A stretch of 60,222 bases of DNA, the filler included, from Nitrospirae bacterium MYbin3 (GTDB lineage Bacteria > Nitrospirota > Thermodesulfovibrionia > Thermodesulfovibrionales > Dissulfurispiraceae): the NCBI GenBank assembly GCA_002753335.1. It is 4 parts of 4 records of this genome, joined end to end, with 100 filler letters (N's around TTAATTAATTAA, not from the genome) between each part and the next. Parts side by side here need not be neighbours in the genome. Positions count along the whole stretch, not along the records: positions 1 to 2,632 come from PEAD01000065.1; positions 2,733 to 33,055 come from PEAD01000033.1; 2 more parts are not named here. The stretch is one strand, 5' to 3'. Made by a program: the position numbers and the translations under genes. The number at the start of each line of letters is the position of its first letter. Positions within the stretch are counted from its first letter, which is position 1. The notes beneath the pieces are model-generated. The model made no database searches. It had not been told where the DNA came from and was given only the letters and a program-made list of their open reading frames with translations. Below, piece after piece: positions 1 through 9,595 of this stretch.

Positions 1-1
1 A

Positions 2-1477
2 AAATGGGGTGTATTGCGGGAAAAGCTGTTTGATATGGACGCACACAAAAACCCCCGCGTCGTCGTCAGCGTTTTAATGTTGCGCGAGGGCTTTGATGTC
101 AACAATGTTTGCGTGATAGTTCCTTTGCGGTCGTCACAGGCGCGGATTCTTCTTGAACAAACGATAGGCCGTGGCTTACGCCTGATGTGGCGTGGTGACG
201 AACGATACGATGAGATGAGGCGCAACAATCGCAATCTTCTCAAAGAACATAAGTCGCCGGAAAGCCTGATTGACGTTTTGTCTATCGTTGAGCATCCGGC
301 CTTTCAGCAATTCTACGAAGACTTGATGAATGATGGGCTGGCTGGAGAAGACACCGACGGCCCCGACCCAAGCCCAACTGGTGATCTGATCTCCGTGCCG
401 TTGCAAGACGGGTATGAAGCCTATGATTTTCACTTTCCGTTTATCTTACAGGAACGGGAAGAGAGCCTTTTTCTACAAGGTATTGATATTGCCTCTCTTG
501 AACCTTTTTTTGGTTTTACGCTGGCACAGTTGAAATCATTAATCGGTAAAGGTGAAAAATTCATTTCCGAAGATGTACAGACCAGTACCCGTTTTGGCGA
601 TTATCGCGTGGATGGCGGTGTTATGACGGCCACAGGATACAACGATTATATCGGTCGCCTTGTGCGCCGTATTGGGGAATTGTTAAGCCATGATTTAACC
701 AAAAGCTCTAAGGTATTTGCCAATCAAGGGCAGTTTCCACATCTGCAAGTCAACAAGCCTCAACTTGCCGCGTGGGCTGATGATTATATTCGGCAAAGGC
801 TTTTTGAAACGGCTTTTGATCCGATGATAGATGAAAACTGGCGCGTGTTGCTGGTGGATATAGTTACGGAGTACATCATCAAAATTATGGCACGAAAGCT
901 GTTAGAGGTTGAAGAAAAAAGACCCGACGGCGAAACAGAAGTAGCGTACCGCAGTTTGTCAGAGGTCGAGCGAATTACTGTCCGCGAGAAATTTTCTGTC
1001 CCTGTAGAGAAGTGTATTTACAGTCGATTGCCTTATCCTTCGCGCAATGGTGAATTGGAAAAAAAATTTATCGAAATGGCGGATCATGACGGGAATGTTA
1101 AGGCTATCTGCAAAATCAGCGAGCATAAGCACGATTTTGTCAGGCTACGTTATATCAAAGACGAGGGTTTACCTGCCTTTTATTCTCCTGATTTTGTTGT
1201 GCGAACCGATACCGCTATTTATCTGGTCGAAACGAAGGCGCAGGATCAGGTAATTCACCCGAACGTCAAGCGCAAACGCCGCGCCGCCGTGTCGTGGTGC
1301 GACAAGATCAACGGCCTATCACCACAACAGCGTAGCAATGCCGAATGGCATTATGTTTTGCTTGGCGAACAGGTTTTCAAAGAATGGCGCGACAAGGGCG
1401 CTTCTGTCCGTGACATACTCGACTATGCCAAGCTGCGGCCAGTAGATGAACAGGTGCAACCAACGTTTGACTTTTGA
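2..1477 (+). CDS. Type III restriction enzyme Res-subunit-like SF2 helicase/endonuclease, C-terminal part (5' end outside window)
   Basis: Frame is open from the window start. Helicase motifs V/VI (MLREGFD, EQTIGRGLR) and a C-terminal PD-(D/E)xK nuclease (YSPDFVV...LVETK). Confidence 0.8.
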   Translation, partial: KWGVLREKLFDMDAHKNPRVVVSVLMLREGFDVNNVCVIVPLRSSQARILLEQTIGRGLRLMWRGDERYDEMRRNNRNLLKEHKSPESLIDVLSIVEHPAFQQFYEDLMNDGLAGEDTDGPDPSPTGDLISVPLQDGYEAYDFHFPFILQEREESLFLQGIDIASLEPFFGFTLAQLKSLIGKGEKFISEDVQTSTRFGDYRVDGGVMTATGYNDYIGRLVRRIGELLSHDLTKSSKVFANQGQFPHLQVNKPQLAAWADDYIRQRLFETAFDPMIDENWRVLLVDIVTEYIIKIMARKLLEVEEKRPDGETEVAYRSLSEVERITVREKFSVPVEKCIYSRLPYPSRNGELEKKFIEMADHDGNVKAICKISEHKHDFVRLRYIKDEGLPAFYSPDFVVRTDTAIYLVETKAQDQVIHPNVKRKRRAAVSWCDKINGLSPQQRSNAEWHYVLLGEQVFKEWRDKGASVRDILDYAKLRPVDEQVQPTFDF

Positions 1478-1594
1478 ACTTGGCCGAGAAAAAGAACACC
1501 CAAGGGGAAGGACTCGCTGTGTAAACCGCTTGTGCTAAAGCGTAAGTAGAGGCCACCGCGAGACACTTACGGGGAACGGGATATTTTTCATGAA

Positions 1595-2419
1595 TCAGAC
1601 CTCGACATCAGAATATAATTTTTCTAAAATTGAATCAAGTTTTTCATAAGATTCATTATCTCCTATACATTCATAAAAAAAACCAAGCGTCATAATTGTG
1701 TTTATCATGACTTTTTGCGCACAGGGCAAACTCGTTGCTTGCATATAATGAAAACCTCCTATCCTTTCAAAATCAAAATCTTTAGTATACACATTATAGG
1801 AATCAAGTAATGCGGCGTAAGAAATATGAATATATTTCGACAGAATATCATAGATGCTGTCTTTAATGTCTTTGATTGGAAATTTACCTATTTTTTTATT
1901 TACTAAATCTTGCATAGCCTTTCTTGTTTTTGCATTGCCAACAATATCGCCGACAAACCATTTTTTTAGATCAGGGTTTGCATTGTTCTCACTCATCAAG
2001 TAAGTTATCAAATCAGCCGCCTCGATTATTGATCGCAAAGACCCAATTGTTTCATAATGAAATCCGCCTCGCATAAGTATGAACAGCGCCTGCCATGTTT
2101 GAAAAATTTTACCAAAGATAAAATAGCTTGCTGTCAACTTATTTTGCTCATCAAGAACAATCCCAATGTGTTCCCGTATTTTACGTATATATTGCGATAT
2201 TTCATTAAATACTCTCTCCAGTTTTTCCACTTCCTCAGTAATATTTATTTTATCATTTTCAAGTTGTCTGTAATGTCCCATAGCATCGTTCCTCAAAAAG
2301 TCATTGATAAAAGGTTCATTCTTCTTGAAATCACTTATACGATTTTTAATAAATTGCTCTGTTTCCATTTTATATGGATTCACAGTTTTATTATTTTTGT
2401 TTTGTTTGTGTTTCTTCAT
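1595..2419 (-). CDS. Hypothetical protein, DUF5677/HEPN-like
   Basis: 274-aa AT-rich ORF with LRSIIEA and YDILSKYIH motifs typical of DUF5677-like helical proteins. Confidence 0.5.
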   Translation of the reverse strand: MKKHKQNKNNKTVNPYKMETEQFIKNRISDFKKNEPFINDFLRNDAMGHYRQLENDKINITEEVEKLERVFNEISQYIRKIREHIGIVLDEQNKLTASYFIFGKIFQTWQALFILMRGGFHYETIGSLRSIIEAADLITYLMSENNANPDLKKWFVGDIVGNAKTRKAMQDLVNKKIGKFPIKDIKDSIYDILSKYIHISYAALLDSYNVYTKDFDFERIGGFHYMQATSLPCAQKVMINTIMTLGFFYECIGDNESYEKLDSILEKLYSDVEV

Positions 2420-2585
2420 TCGTTAGCCATTAAACAGGTTTGGGTAAAACTACCCAATCACACCTAATACCATTATTCATATAGTGTATCATTTAGTATT
2501 GTATTAAGTAAAGCTATTATAAACACGCCGTGTAAGTAGGCGTTTTTATAAAGTAATTTAAGTTGATAGCCAGAGAAGGCCAGTT

Positions 2586-2632
2586 TGGGACAGACCAGTA
2601 ATGGGGACAGTAATGGGGACGGGGGGACAGTA
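2586..2632 (+). repeat. Short GGGACAG/GGGGAC(A/G)G repeats at contig end
   Basis: gggacagaccagtaatggggacagtaatggggacggggggacagta runs into the linker. Confidence 0.5.
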
Positions 2633-2732
2633 NNNNNNNNNNNNNNNNNNNNNNNNNNNNNNNNNNNNNNNNNNNNTTAATTAATTAANNNNNNNNNNNN
2701 NNNNNNNNNNNNNNNNNNNNNNNNNNNNNNNN
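2633..2732. other. Artificial contig linker
   Basis: N44-TTAATTAATTAA-N44 (stops in all six frames), identical at three places. Confidence 0.98.
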
Positions 2733-2897
2733 GGGCTCAGCATTACAAAGCAGTGTGATCTGCTTAGCATTAGCCGGTCATCTTGGTATTACGAAGCATT
2801 AGGGGAATCAGCCGAGAATCTTAATTTAATGAGACTTATCGACGAGCAGTTTATGAAGGAGCCGAGTTACGGAGTCAGACAGATGTCGTTTTCATAG
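2733..2897 (+). pseudogene. IS3-family transposase OrfB N-terminal fragment
   Basis: Manual translation GLSITKQCDLLSISRSSWYYEALGESAENLNLMRLIDEQFMKEPSYGVRQM resembles the OrfB start; stops prematurely. Confidence 0.75.
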
Positions 2898-2998
2898 CGA
2901 CATAGGTGTCGCTGGCTATGTTTGAATACGAGTCGGGATAAAATTAGAGCAGTCCAATAAATTTCTGGCGGACACCGACTAAATATAAATTGTTTGCA

Positions 2999-3079
2999 AA
3001 TCAGTCAGTTGTACCCATAGAGTACGACAGTTTCAAGAAGGTATAAGTTTCTCATGTCGTAACGACAGTGTCGTACGAC
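2999..3079. promoter_or_regulatory. IHF-consensus site plus cluster of ACGACA/TGTCGT palindromes (putative operator)
   Basis: AATCAGTCAGTTG matches WATCARNNNNTTR. TACGACA at 3023; overlapping TGTCGTAACGACA, ACGACAGTGTCGT and GTCGTACGAC at 3055-3079. Confidence 0.45.
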
Positions 3080-3216
3080 TCATACCCATATTTGTATTTC
3101 ATCTTGTTTCAGAAGGCTACAAGTAAAAAAATTGGAATGCCAAACAATAAAAATCATTTAAAGGAGCTTAATAAACAGGCAAATGAAGCTGAGATTTTGA
3201 ATATAGGGGGAACGCA

Positions 3217-4017
3217 ATGAAAGACTTTAAAATGGCGCTAAAGAAAATTCTGCCTAAAATACGAGACGCAAAAGAGAGGGCATTAAACGAAGCAGACACA
3301 CGTATGCGAATACGCCTGTTGCTTGCGGATGTTCTCGGGTACGATCTGCTTGATGAAATCACGCAAGAACATATGATCCAAGGCCACTATGTTGACTTTG
3401 CTGTAAAGGCGCCGATGTGGAATAAAAAAGCGGGGAAATATACGCCTGAGATTGTTTTCCTCGTAGAAGCAAAATCGGTTGACACTAATCTCAAAGATAC
3501 TCACGCCTATCAGGTCAATAACTACGCAGCATCAGCAGGTGTAAGCCTTAGCTTGCTGACAAACGGAGTTGATTATAAGCTCTATCATTTAACATGGGAC
3601 AAGAACAAGGGCGTAGAAAACAACCTGATCGTATCCTTTAATATTCTTGATGATGATACCAACGAAGTTGTGAAAAAGCTCTATTTGATTTCAAAAGAGA
3701 GCTTCAAAAAAGGAGTCATAGATAAATTTATTGCTGAAACAACATCATTGAGCGAAAGGAATCTGATAACGGCCATGCTATCAGAAAGGGTTTTAAACGC
3801 AATCCGCCTTGAGCTTAAAAACATCACCGGCCACAGCATAAAAAACGAAGCAGTAGAACAGAGTATAAGCCAGTTGTTTGCAACGGAACTATACGAAGCG
3901 GCGAAAGACTGTCTAAAAAAACAGGCTCGAAAGATATCAAAACCAGAAATAAAACCTATTATGGAAAATACAGAGACAGCGCTTATACCCGACACTATTT
4001 GTTCTGACCAGCAATAA
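3217..4017 (+). CDS. Type I restriction HsdR N-terminal-domain (PD-(D/E)xK) protein, stand-alone
   Basis: NEADTR...LGYD...EITQE...VDFAV...VEAK...Q...YA...LTNG pattern; GGGGG RBS. Confidence 0.8.
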   Translation: MKDFKMALKKILPKIRDAKERALNEADTRMRIRLLLADVLGYDLLDEITQEHMIQGHYVDFAVKAPMWNKKAGKYTPEIVFLVEAKSVDTNLKDTHAYQVNNYAASAGVSLSLLTNGVDYKLYHLTWDKNKGVENNLIVSFNILDDDTNEVVKKLYLISKESFKKGVIDKFIAETTSLSERNLITAMLSERVLNAIRLELKNITGHSIKNEAVEQSISQLFATELYEAAKDCLKKQARKISKPEIKPIMENTETALIPDTICSDQQ

Positions 4018-4041
4018 AACATTAAAACCGGAGGCCTCGCT

Positions 4042-4518
4042 ATGTGGGTAATGTTATGGATCATCGGCATAATCTTGGCAGGCATCATAGCAAACAATAA
4101 AAAAAGGTCAGTAGTAGGTTGGGTTTTCGGCAGCATTTTTCTAAGTCCTTTAATTGTACTGATTCTTTTGGCCCTTCCAACAATGGAAGAAAAACCGGAA
4201 CATCAAACAGGCAAGCTAACAACATACAAAAAGAGCGATACAAAGAAATGCCCATACTGCGCTGAATTTATAAAGGCAGAAGCCAAGCTTTGCCGGTATT
4301 GCGGTAAGGAACAGACAGAGCAGCTCGGCGACAACAAGCCAAGCGCAAAGGACCTTTATCAAAAAGGCTATGATCTACAAAATAAAACACAAGACATGAA
4401 TGCAGCTACGGTGATCTATGAAAAAATAATCGAAGACTGGCCCGACAGTCAGGAAGCTCGCTATTCAGCAAACCGGTTGAATGAAATAGAGGCACGGAGA
4501 GCAGCGCGGTTGAGCTGA
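4042..4518 (+). CDS. Membrane protein with zinc ribbon and TPR-like C-terminus
   Basis: Two N-terminal hydrophobic helices, CPYCAE...CRYCG, and helical YEKIIEDWPDS; GGAGG RBS. Confidence 0.7.
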   Translation: MWVMLWIIGIILAGIIANNKKRSVVGWVFGSIFLSPLIVLILLALPTMEEKPEHQTGKLTTYKKSDTKKCPYCAEFIKAEAKLCRYCGKEQTEQLGDNKPSAKDLYQKGYDLQNKTQDMNAATVIYEKIIEDWPDSQEARYSANRLNEIEARRAARLS

Positions 4519-4546
4519 TAATCTATCCAAGAGGAGACATTAAGAA

Positions 4547-5380
4547 ATGGCTAATAAAACATGTTTTGTGATATGTCCGATAGGGGATGAAGGAACCTTA
4601 ACAAGGGAACGATCAGATTCATTCTTGGACAATATTATTAAACCTGTCGTCAGTGAATTTGGATATGATGCTATTCGAGCAGATCAAATCAATGAATCAG
4701 GAGAAATCCCGGAACAGATAATCGACCAACTATTAAATTCAGAACTGGTGATTGCCGACCTTACAGGGCATAATGTAAATGTATTTTATGAACTTGCAAT
4801 AAGGCACGCAACAGGCAAGGCTTTCATTCAGATGATAGAACACGATAACGATCTTCCTTTTGATGTGTATGGTATTAGAACTATAAAATTCTCTCTCATT
4901 ATTCATAAAGTCACGAAAGCCAAAGAATCCCTTAAGGCTTACATAGAAAGCTTAGAAAAAGACCCTCAAGTTAGAACACCAATACGTAGAGCTTTAGATA
5001 TATCAACATTGCGTAGTGACGACCCCAAAGATGAGATGTTAAGAGATATTATTGGCAAATTGAATGATCTATATGATTATATAATGAATCCATCAGAGCA
5101 TGGTTTCGTTATGCCCACACCATCAGCTGGGTATTCCGGATACTCTGGAGCTGGACTCATGTCTCTTGCTTCCGCTACGGTGCCATTTGTAAATAAATCT
5201 AAGCTAGCACCGCGAAAAAAGTCTCAAATCATGGGTATCCCCACTGATAAAACTTCACAGATAATGGGGGTTCCAACTGATAAGATTTCACAGATTGTTG
5301 GTATCCCAATGGATATAAATTCTCAGACTAATAGCGAGCCAGCAAAAAATTGTAGCGACTACAGTAAACCAAATAAATAG
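4547..5380 (+). CDS. Nucleoside 2-deoxyribosyltransferase-like Rossmann-fold protein
   Basis: CFVICPIG...IRAD...VIADLTGHNVNVFYELAIRHA...LPFD motif set. Confidence 0.7.
   Translation: MANKTCFVICPIGDEGTLTRERSDSFLDNIIKPVVSEFGYDAIRADQINESGEIPEQIIDQLLNSELVIADLTGHNVNVFYELAIRHATGKAFIQMIEHDNDLPFDVYGIRTIKFSLIIHKVTKAKESLKAYIESLEKDPQVRTPIRRALDISTLRSDDPKDEMLRDIIGKLNDLYDYIMNPSEHGFVMPTPSAGYSGYSGAGLMSLASATVPFVNKSKLAPRKKSQIMGIPTDKTSQIMGVPTDKISQIVGIPMDINSQTNSEPAKNCSDYSKPNK
5222..5326 (+). repeat. 33-bp (11-aa) tandem repeat x3 inside CDS
   Basis: SQIMGIPTDKT / SQIMGVPTDKI / SQIVGIPMDIN. Confidence 0.85.
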
Positions 5381-5394
5381 GAGGTATTTATATC

Positions 5395-5667
5395 ATGACA
5401 AAGCAGGAACTCATCGAAAAAGTAGCAAAGTCAGCAAATATTTCAAAGGTGTCGTCAGAAAATGTCATTGATGCGACAATAAATGCTATCAAGACATCTC
5501 TTAAGAAGGGGCAAAAAGTAATTCTTGTTGGCTTTGGCACTTTCTCGGTATCGAAAAGAAAGTCAAGAAAAGGTCGGAATCCAAGAATTGGCGAAGAAAT
5601 TAAGATAGCTGCTTGCAAAGTTCCCAAATTCTCAGCTGGGAAAGGTTTGAAGGATGTGGTGAGGTAG
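5395..5667 (+). CDS. hup: HU family DNA-binding protein
   Basis: MTKQELI...GFGTF...RKGRNPRIGE...PKFSAGKGLK; AGGAGG RBS. Confidence 0.95.
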   Translation: MTKQELIEKVAKSANISKVSSENVIDATINAIKTSLKKGQKVILVGFGTFSVSKRKSRKGRNPRIGEEIKIAACKVPKFSAGKGLKDVVR

Positions 5668-5682
5668 TTTGTCTTCTTTCTC

Positions 5683-5857
5683 GGATATTATTCGTGTTAA
5701 TTGAATGACCACGCCGTTCTTATGCCCCGCGAGTTGTCGCGTGGGAACCTTGAATCTCCGCGGAGTCGAGCCGGTACAGTATAGCGTTGGGCCGGCGAGG
5801 TTTACTAACATTGCAAAAAGAGTATTAGAGAGAAACTATACTAACGCCGCGTTGGGC
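5683..5857 (+). other. Putative attI-like recombination site, copy 1 (with ~96-bp extra segment)
   Basis: Shares GGATATTA.TCG.GTTAATTGAATGAC and TAACATT.CAAAAAGAGTATTAG.GAGAAACTAT with 19606-19683; ends in CTAAC-5bp-GTTGGGC. Confidence 0.5.
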
Positions 5858-5886
5858 ATCAAAATAAAGCTAAATCAAGGAGAATT

Positions 5887-6975
5887 ATGTTTAAGTCAGC
5901 AGTAAATCAAGAAAATAGAAGAATAATATCATTTTTTACAAAATGGTTCTATATTGGGTTTGGGGTTCTTCTTTTAGGAATTACTTTGGAGTCATACAAG
6001 CAAAATATAATCAAAGAATGGATGTTTGCCTATAGTATTGCCATCGAGTTTTTAAAAAATATAGGTATTGCAATAATTATTTCTAACATTTTTTCATACA
6101 TATTAGGCACTCAAGAATTCATGAGTTATTTAAGGCAAAAATTAATAGAAATAGTTGTTTCTAAAGATTTCCTTCATAAATTAAACAGGGAAGAAAGAAG
6201 AGAGATGCTGAAAATAATTTTGAAACCTACAAAAGAGTTGTCAGAAATATATTCAGGCATAAATCAATACTTTAGTAGATATATTGAAGACTCCATGAAC
6301 CTATTCCACGCTCATTTTAGAAGCGGATACATGATTGTAGCAGAAGCATCTATGGATTCCGAAACCAATCGTGTCAAGGTTGTAAGTGAAATGGATCATC
6401 GAATTTATAGAGTCATGGGTGAATATGAGAAATTGCCAGTCGGCTTTGAAGATGAAGATTCAAAAATGCTTTCAACAAAGCTGTTTTCCCCTAACGGCGA
6501 AGAACAATCATCCATTGATTGTAAAGTTGTGAACAAGGCTGAATTGAATGATGATATATTGGCAAAAGACCCTGCCTTAATAAACGGAACTTTATCGGAA
6601 ATTCCAGAATCATTTAAGAAATACACACAATTAGATGTCAAAAGAAAACTTGTAGAATATGGCGTTGATCATTGGCACTTATACACTTACAGAGCAAAAA
6701 CACCATGTGATAAACTAAACATTAGTCTTATGTGCAGAGATGGTCTCGAAGTTAAAAAAGTTGTCACTTATGGGCGTGGATCAAATTTCAAAATTGATAA
6801 AAGCACAGATAATTCAAGGGTTACTGTGTCTTGCAATGATTGGTTAGAACCCGGTTTTGGTGTTGCTATTTTGCTTGCAAAAAATACTCGCCAATTGCCT
6901 CTCGCAAGTGAAGTACCACTTGATGCTTCATTAATAAATGCAACCCAACAATCAAATCCAGCGGACGGGGTATAA
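5887..6975 (+). CDS. Hypothetical two-TM membrane protein carried as an integron-type cassette
   Basis: Two N-terminal hydrophobic helices and a beta-rich C-terminus. Bounded by GTTGGGC (5851) and ACCCAAC (6943). Confidence 0.75.
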   Translation: MFKSAVNQENRRIISFFTKWFYIGFGVLLLGITLESYKQNIIKEWMFAYSIAIEFLKNIGIAIIISNIFSYILGTQEFMSYLRQKLIEIVVSKDFLHKLNREERREMLKIILKPTKELSEIYSGINQYFSRYIEDSMNLFHAHFRSGYMIVAEASMDSETNRVKVVSEMDHRIYRVMGEYEKLPVGFEDEDSKMLSTKLFSPNGEEQSSIDCKVVNKAELNDDILAKDPALINGTLSEIPESFKKYTQLDVKRKLVEYGVDHWHLYTYRAKTPCDKLNISLMCRDGLEVKKVVTYGRGSNFKIDKSTDNSRVTVSCNDWLEPGFGVAILLAKNTRQLPLASEVPLDASLINATQQSNPADGV

Positions 6976-7030
6976 ACGTGTTTGATTTTTCACAGCCCCC
7001 CCAGCCCGCTACTGATTTAAGGCGTTTGCT
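6943..7030 (+). other. attC site (slightly degenerate)
   Basis: ACCCAAC-aatca-AAT[C]CAGCGGACGGG...CCCGCTACTGATT-taaggc-GTTTGCT: R''/L''/L'/R' layout with extrahelical C. Confidence 0.65.
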
Positions 7031-7056
7031 AATAAATGGAATAGATATGGTCAACC

Positions 7057-7668
7057 TTGATTTTTGGTTTTAAGAGAAGAGGAGCTTCAAGATACAATCT
7101 TGAGAGATACGTATATTTGAAAGGACGGCATAAGATAATTTTTGTTGGGGGAGTCCATGGGGTCGGAAAAACCACATTGTGTGCGTCCTTGTGCTCGAAA
7201 TTCGGTATCGAACACTATTCTGCAAGCAGTTTCATTTCGAAAATTAAACAGGTCAAGTTTTCCTCTAAAAGAACCTCTGATATCGAAAGAAACCAAGACA
7301 TTCTGATCACTGCTCTTGATGAATTCACAGGTTATGATAAATATTTTCTCTTGGATGGGCATTTTGTTTTGATCGACAACAAGGACAACATTATCAGAAT
7401 CCCATACTCCACATATGCTGCGATGTCGCCTGCGGCCATTGTTTTATTGAATGATACGCCGGAGGCAATTTTTCTGCGACTTAAAGAGCGAGACAAGGAG
7501 AAAATTACTGTTGAACAATTAAGAGCTTTGCAGGAAGAAGAAATCGGCTATTCAAAAGAAGTAGCATCCGCTTTAGCGATACCTTATCTACTAACCAATC
7601 CCTTGACCGAAATAGAATTGATTTCCGATTTTGTGGACAAACTGCTTGCAGAAGGAGGCGTTAAATGA
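7057..7668 (+). CDS. Adenylate/nucleotide kinase-like P-loop protein (AAA_17-like)
   Basis: IIFVGGVHGVGKTT Walker A, LLDGHF, RLKERD. Start may be TTG at 7117. Confidence 0.8.
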   Translation: MIFGFKRRGASRYNLERYVYLKGRHKIIFVGGVHGVGKTTLCASLCSKFGIEHYSASSFISKIKQVKFSSKRTSDIERNQDILITALDEFTGYDKYFLLDGHFVLIDNKDNIIRIPYSTYAAMSPAAIVLLNDTPEAIFLRLKERDKEKITVEQLRALQEEEIGYSKEVASALAIPYLLTNPLTEIELISDFVDKLLAEGGVK

Positions 7669-9176
7669 GAGCACTTTTAGACACCAACATCCTTATTCAC
7701 AGAGAGGCAAGCAGGGTCGTAAATGAGGAAATAGGAACTCTTTTTAATTGGCTGGACAAGCTGCACTATGAAAAATGTATACATCCTCTTTCGCTGGACG
7801 AAATAAAAAAGCACCAAGATGCCTCCGTTGTGAAAACAATTCATACAAAACTTAAGAACTATAACACGTTGAAGACGGAGGCTCCAGAAGACGCTGAGAT
7901 TGCGGCTATAAGAAAAAAATATGACAGCAATGAAAACGACAGTATCGATACATCGCTGCTTAAAGAGTTATTTGCCAAAAGAGTAGACTGCTTGATAACA
8001 GAAGATAGAAAGATACATATCAAGGCTGCCGACCTTTGCATCTCTGATCGAGTCTTTACGATTGATGATTTCTTGGAAAAGATTACAGCGGAGCATCCAA
8101 GCCTTTCTGAATACAAGGTCTTATCTGTAAAGAAGGATTATTTCGGAAACATCTCTATCAACGATCCGTTCTTTGATTCATTCAAAGCGGATTATGATGG
8201 CTTTGAGGAGTGGTTTAATAAAAAGGCTGACGAGGTCGCATACATTTGCCAGTCAGAAAATAAGACTTTACTTGCATTTCTATACATTAAAATAGAGAAT
8301 GCAGACGAGAATTATAGTGATATTGCGCCAGTATTAGCTCCAAAGAAACGCTTGAAAATAGGTACATTCAAGGTAATTTCCAACGGATATAAGCTGGGCG
8401 AACGATTCCTGAAAATTGTCTTCGATAACGCTCTGAGAAATAACGTTGATGAAATTTATGTGACTATTTTCCACACGAGGGAGGAGCATATTCGTCTAAT
8501 CGGCCTGATAGAGGATTGGGGTTTTAGATATCATGGTATTAAACATTCCCCCTCAGGCGACGAGAAAGTGTTCACCAAAGATTTTAGGCCACCCCCGGAA
8601 AGTGAAAATCCCAAGAAAACGTATCCATTCATATCGAGAACCCGGCGATATTTTATCGTCCCAATTTATCCAGCATATCACACGGAATTGTTGCCTGATT
8701 CGATTCTGAACAATGAGAGTCCGTCAAATTATATTGAAAGTGAGCCGCATAGAAATGCCATCCAGAAGGTATATGTATCTAGGTCAATATTCCGTGATTT
8801 GGTCCCTGGGGACATCATCCTGTTTTACAGAACTGGCGGCTATTACGAAGGTGTTGTGACCACGATAGGAGTTGTTGATAGCGTGGTGACTGATATAAAA
8901 AATGAAGATGATTTTATACGACTTTGTAGAAAAAGAAGCGTTTTTAGTGACACTGAATTAAGAAGACACTGGAATTATAGTAGTAATAGACCGTTTATCG
9001 TCAATTTCCTGTACTTATATTCTTTACCGAAGCGGCCGAATTTGAAGACTCTTATCGAAAAAGGGATAATAAGGGATGTTGAAAGCGCTCCAAGAGGTTT
9101 TGAACAGTTAAGCGCTTCTAAATTTAATGAAATACTAAGGATATCTGAGACCAATGAAAGTTTTATTATCAATTAA
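7665..9176 (+). CDS. PIN + GNAT acetyltransferase + PUA/EVE-like fusion protein
   Basis: PIN: LLDTNILI...ITEDR. GNAT: KIGTFKV...GYKLGERFL. PUA-like: IVPIYPAYH...PGDIILFYRT. ATGA overlap with the kinase gene. Confidence 0.8.
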   Translation: MRALLDTNILIHREASRVVNEEIGTLFNWLDKLHYEKCIHPLSLDEIKKHQDASVVKTIHTKLKNYNTLKTEAPEDAEIAAIRKKYDSNENDSIDTSLLKELFAKRVDCLITEDRKIHIKAADLCISDRVFTIDDFLEKITAEHPSLSEYKVLSVKKDYFGNISINDPFFDSFKADYDGFEEWFNKKADEVAYICQSENKTLLAFLYIKIENADENYSDIAPVLAPKKRLKIGTFKVISNGYKLGERFLKIVFDNALRNNVDEIYVTIFHTREEHIRLIGLIEDWGFRYHGIKHSPSGDEKVFTKDFRPPPESENPKKTYPFISRTRRYFIVPIYPAYHTELLPDSILNNESPSNYIESEPHRNAIQKVYVSRSIFRDLVPGDIILFYRTGGYYEGVVTTIGVVDSVVTDIKNEDDFIRLCRKRSVFSDTELRRHWNYSSNRPFIVNFLYLYSLPKRPNLKTLIEKGIIRDVESAPRGFEQLSASKFNEILRISETNESFIIN

Positions 9177-9528
9177 ACCGGAATACGCAGAAAAAATTCT
9201 TGACGGTGAAAAAAAATATGAATTTAGACGAACAGTATTTAGAGACACTTCGATAAAAAAAGTTGTTATTTATGCTTCAAGTCCAATTAAAAGGGTTATT
9301 GGAGAATTCGAGATTGATTCTATTATAGCCCTTGGTATAGATGCCCTTTGGAAAAAAACAATGCATTGCGCTGGCATAGAAAAAGATTTCTACTATAATT
9401 ATTTTTATGGTAAAAAAATCGGCTATGCTATCAAAGTAAAAAAGACAAGAAGATACCGTAAGCATATAGGATTAAACGAGTTAAATGTTAAATATCCGCC
9501 CCAATCTTTCTTATATCTTACGGCTTAA
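9154..9528 (+). CDS. ASCH domain protein
   Basis: LLSIKPEYAEKILDGEKKYEFRR...IYASSP...PPQSF; overlaps the upstream gene. Confidence 0.88.
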   Translation: MKVLLSIKPEYAEKILDGEKKYEFRRTVFRDTSIKKVVIYASSPIKRVIGEFEIDSIIALGIDALWKKTMHCAGIEKDFYYNYFYGKKIGYAIKVKKTRRYRKHIGLNELNVKYPPQSFLYLTA

Positions 9529-9595
9529 CTGATGTATCGATAGTCGTAAGCTAAAACAAACAGATATCTTGGCGAATGCACTACACATCTTCTTC

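Noticed and set aside
2633..2732. TTAATTAATTAA palindrome inside N-runs (also at 33056 and 35676)
   Set aside because: Artificial contig linker. It also means the type III restriction gene, the IS/gsp contig and the core-genome contig cannot be treated as neighbours of the island.
5811..5842. TTGCAA...TATACT as a sigma70 promoter
   Set aside because: The spacer is 20 bp, too long, and the second repeat copy does not keep the -10 box.
5705..5905. 66-aa ORF over the attI-like region
   Set aside because: No RBS or recognisable domain; it overlaps a non-coding repeat.
9522..9560. attC after the ASCH gene
   Set aside because: Only GCTTAAC/AGCTAAAAC-like words; no L boxes or stem.
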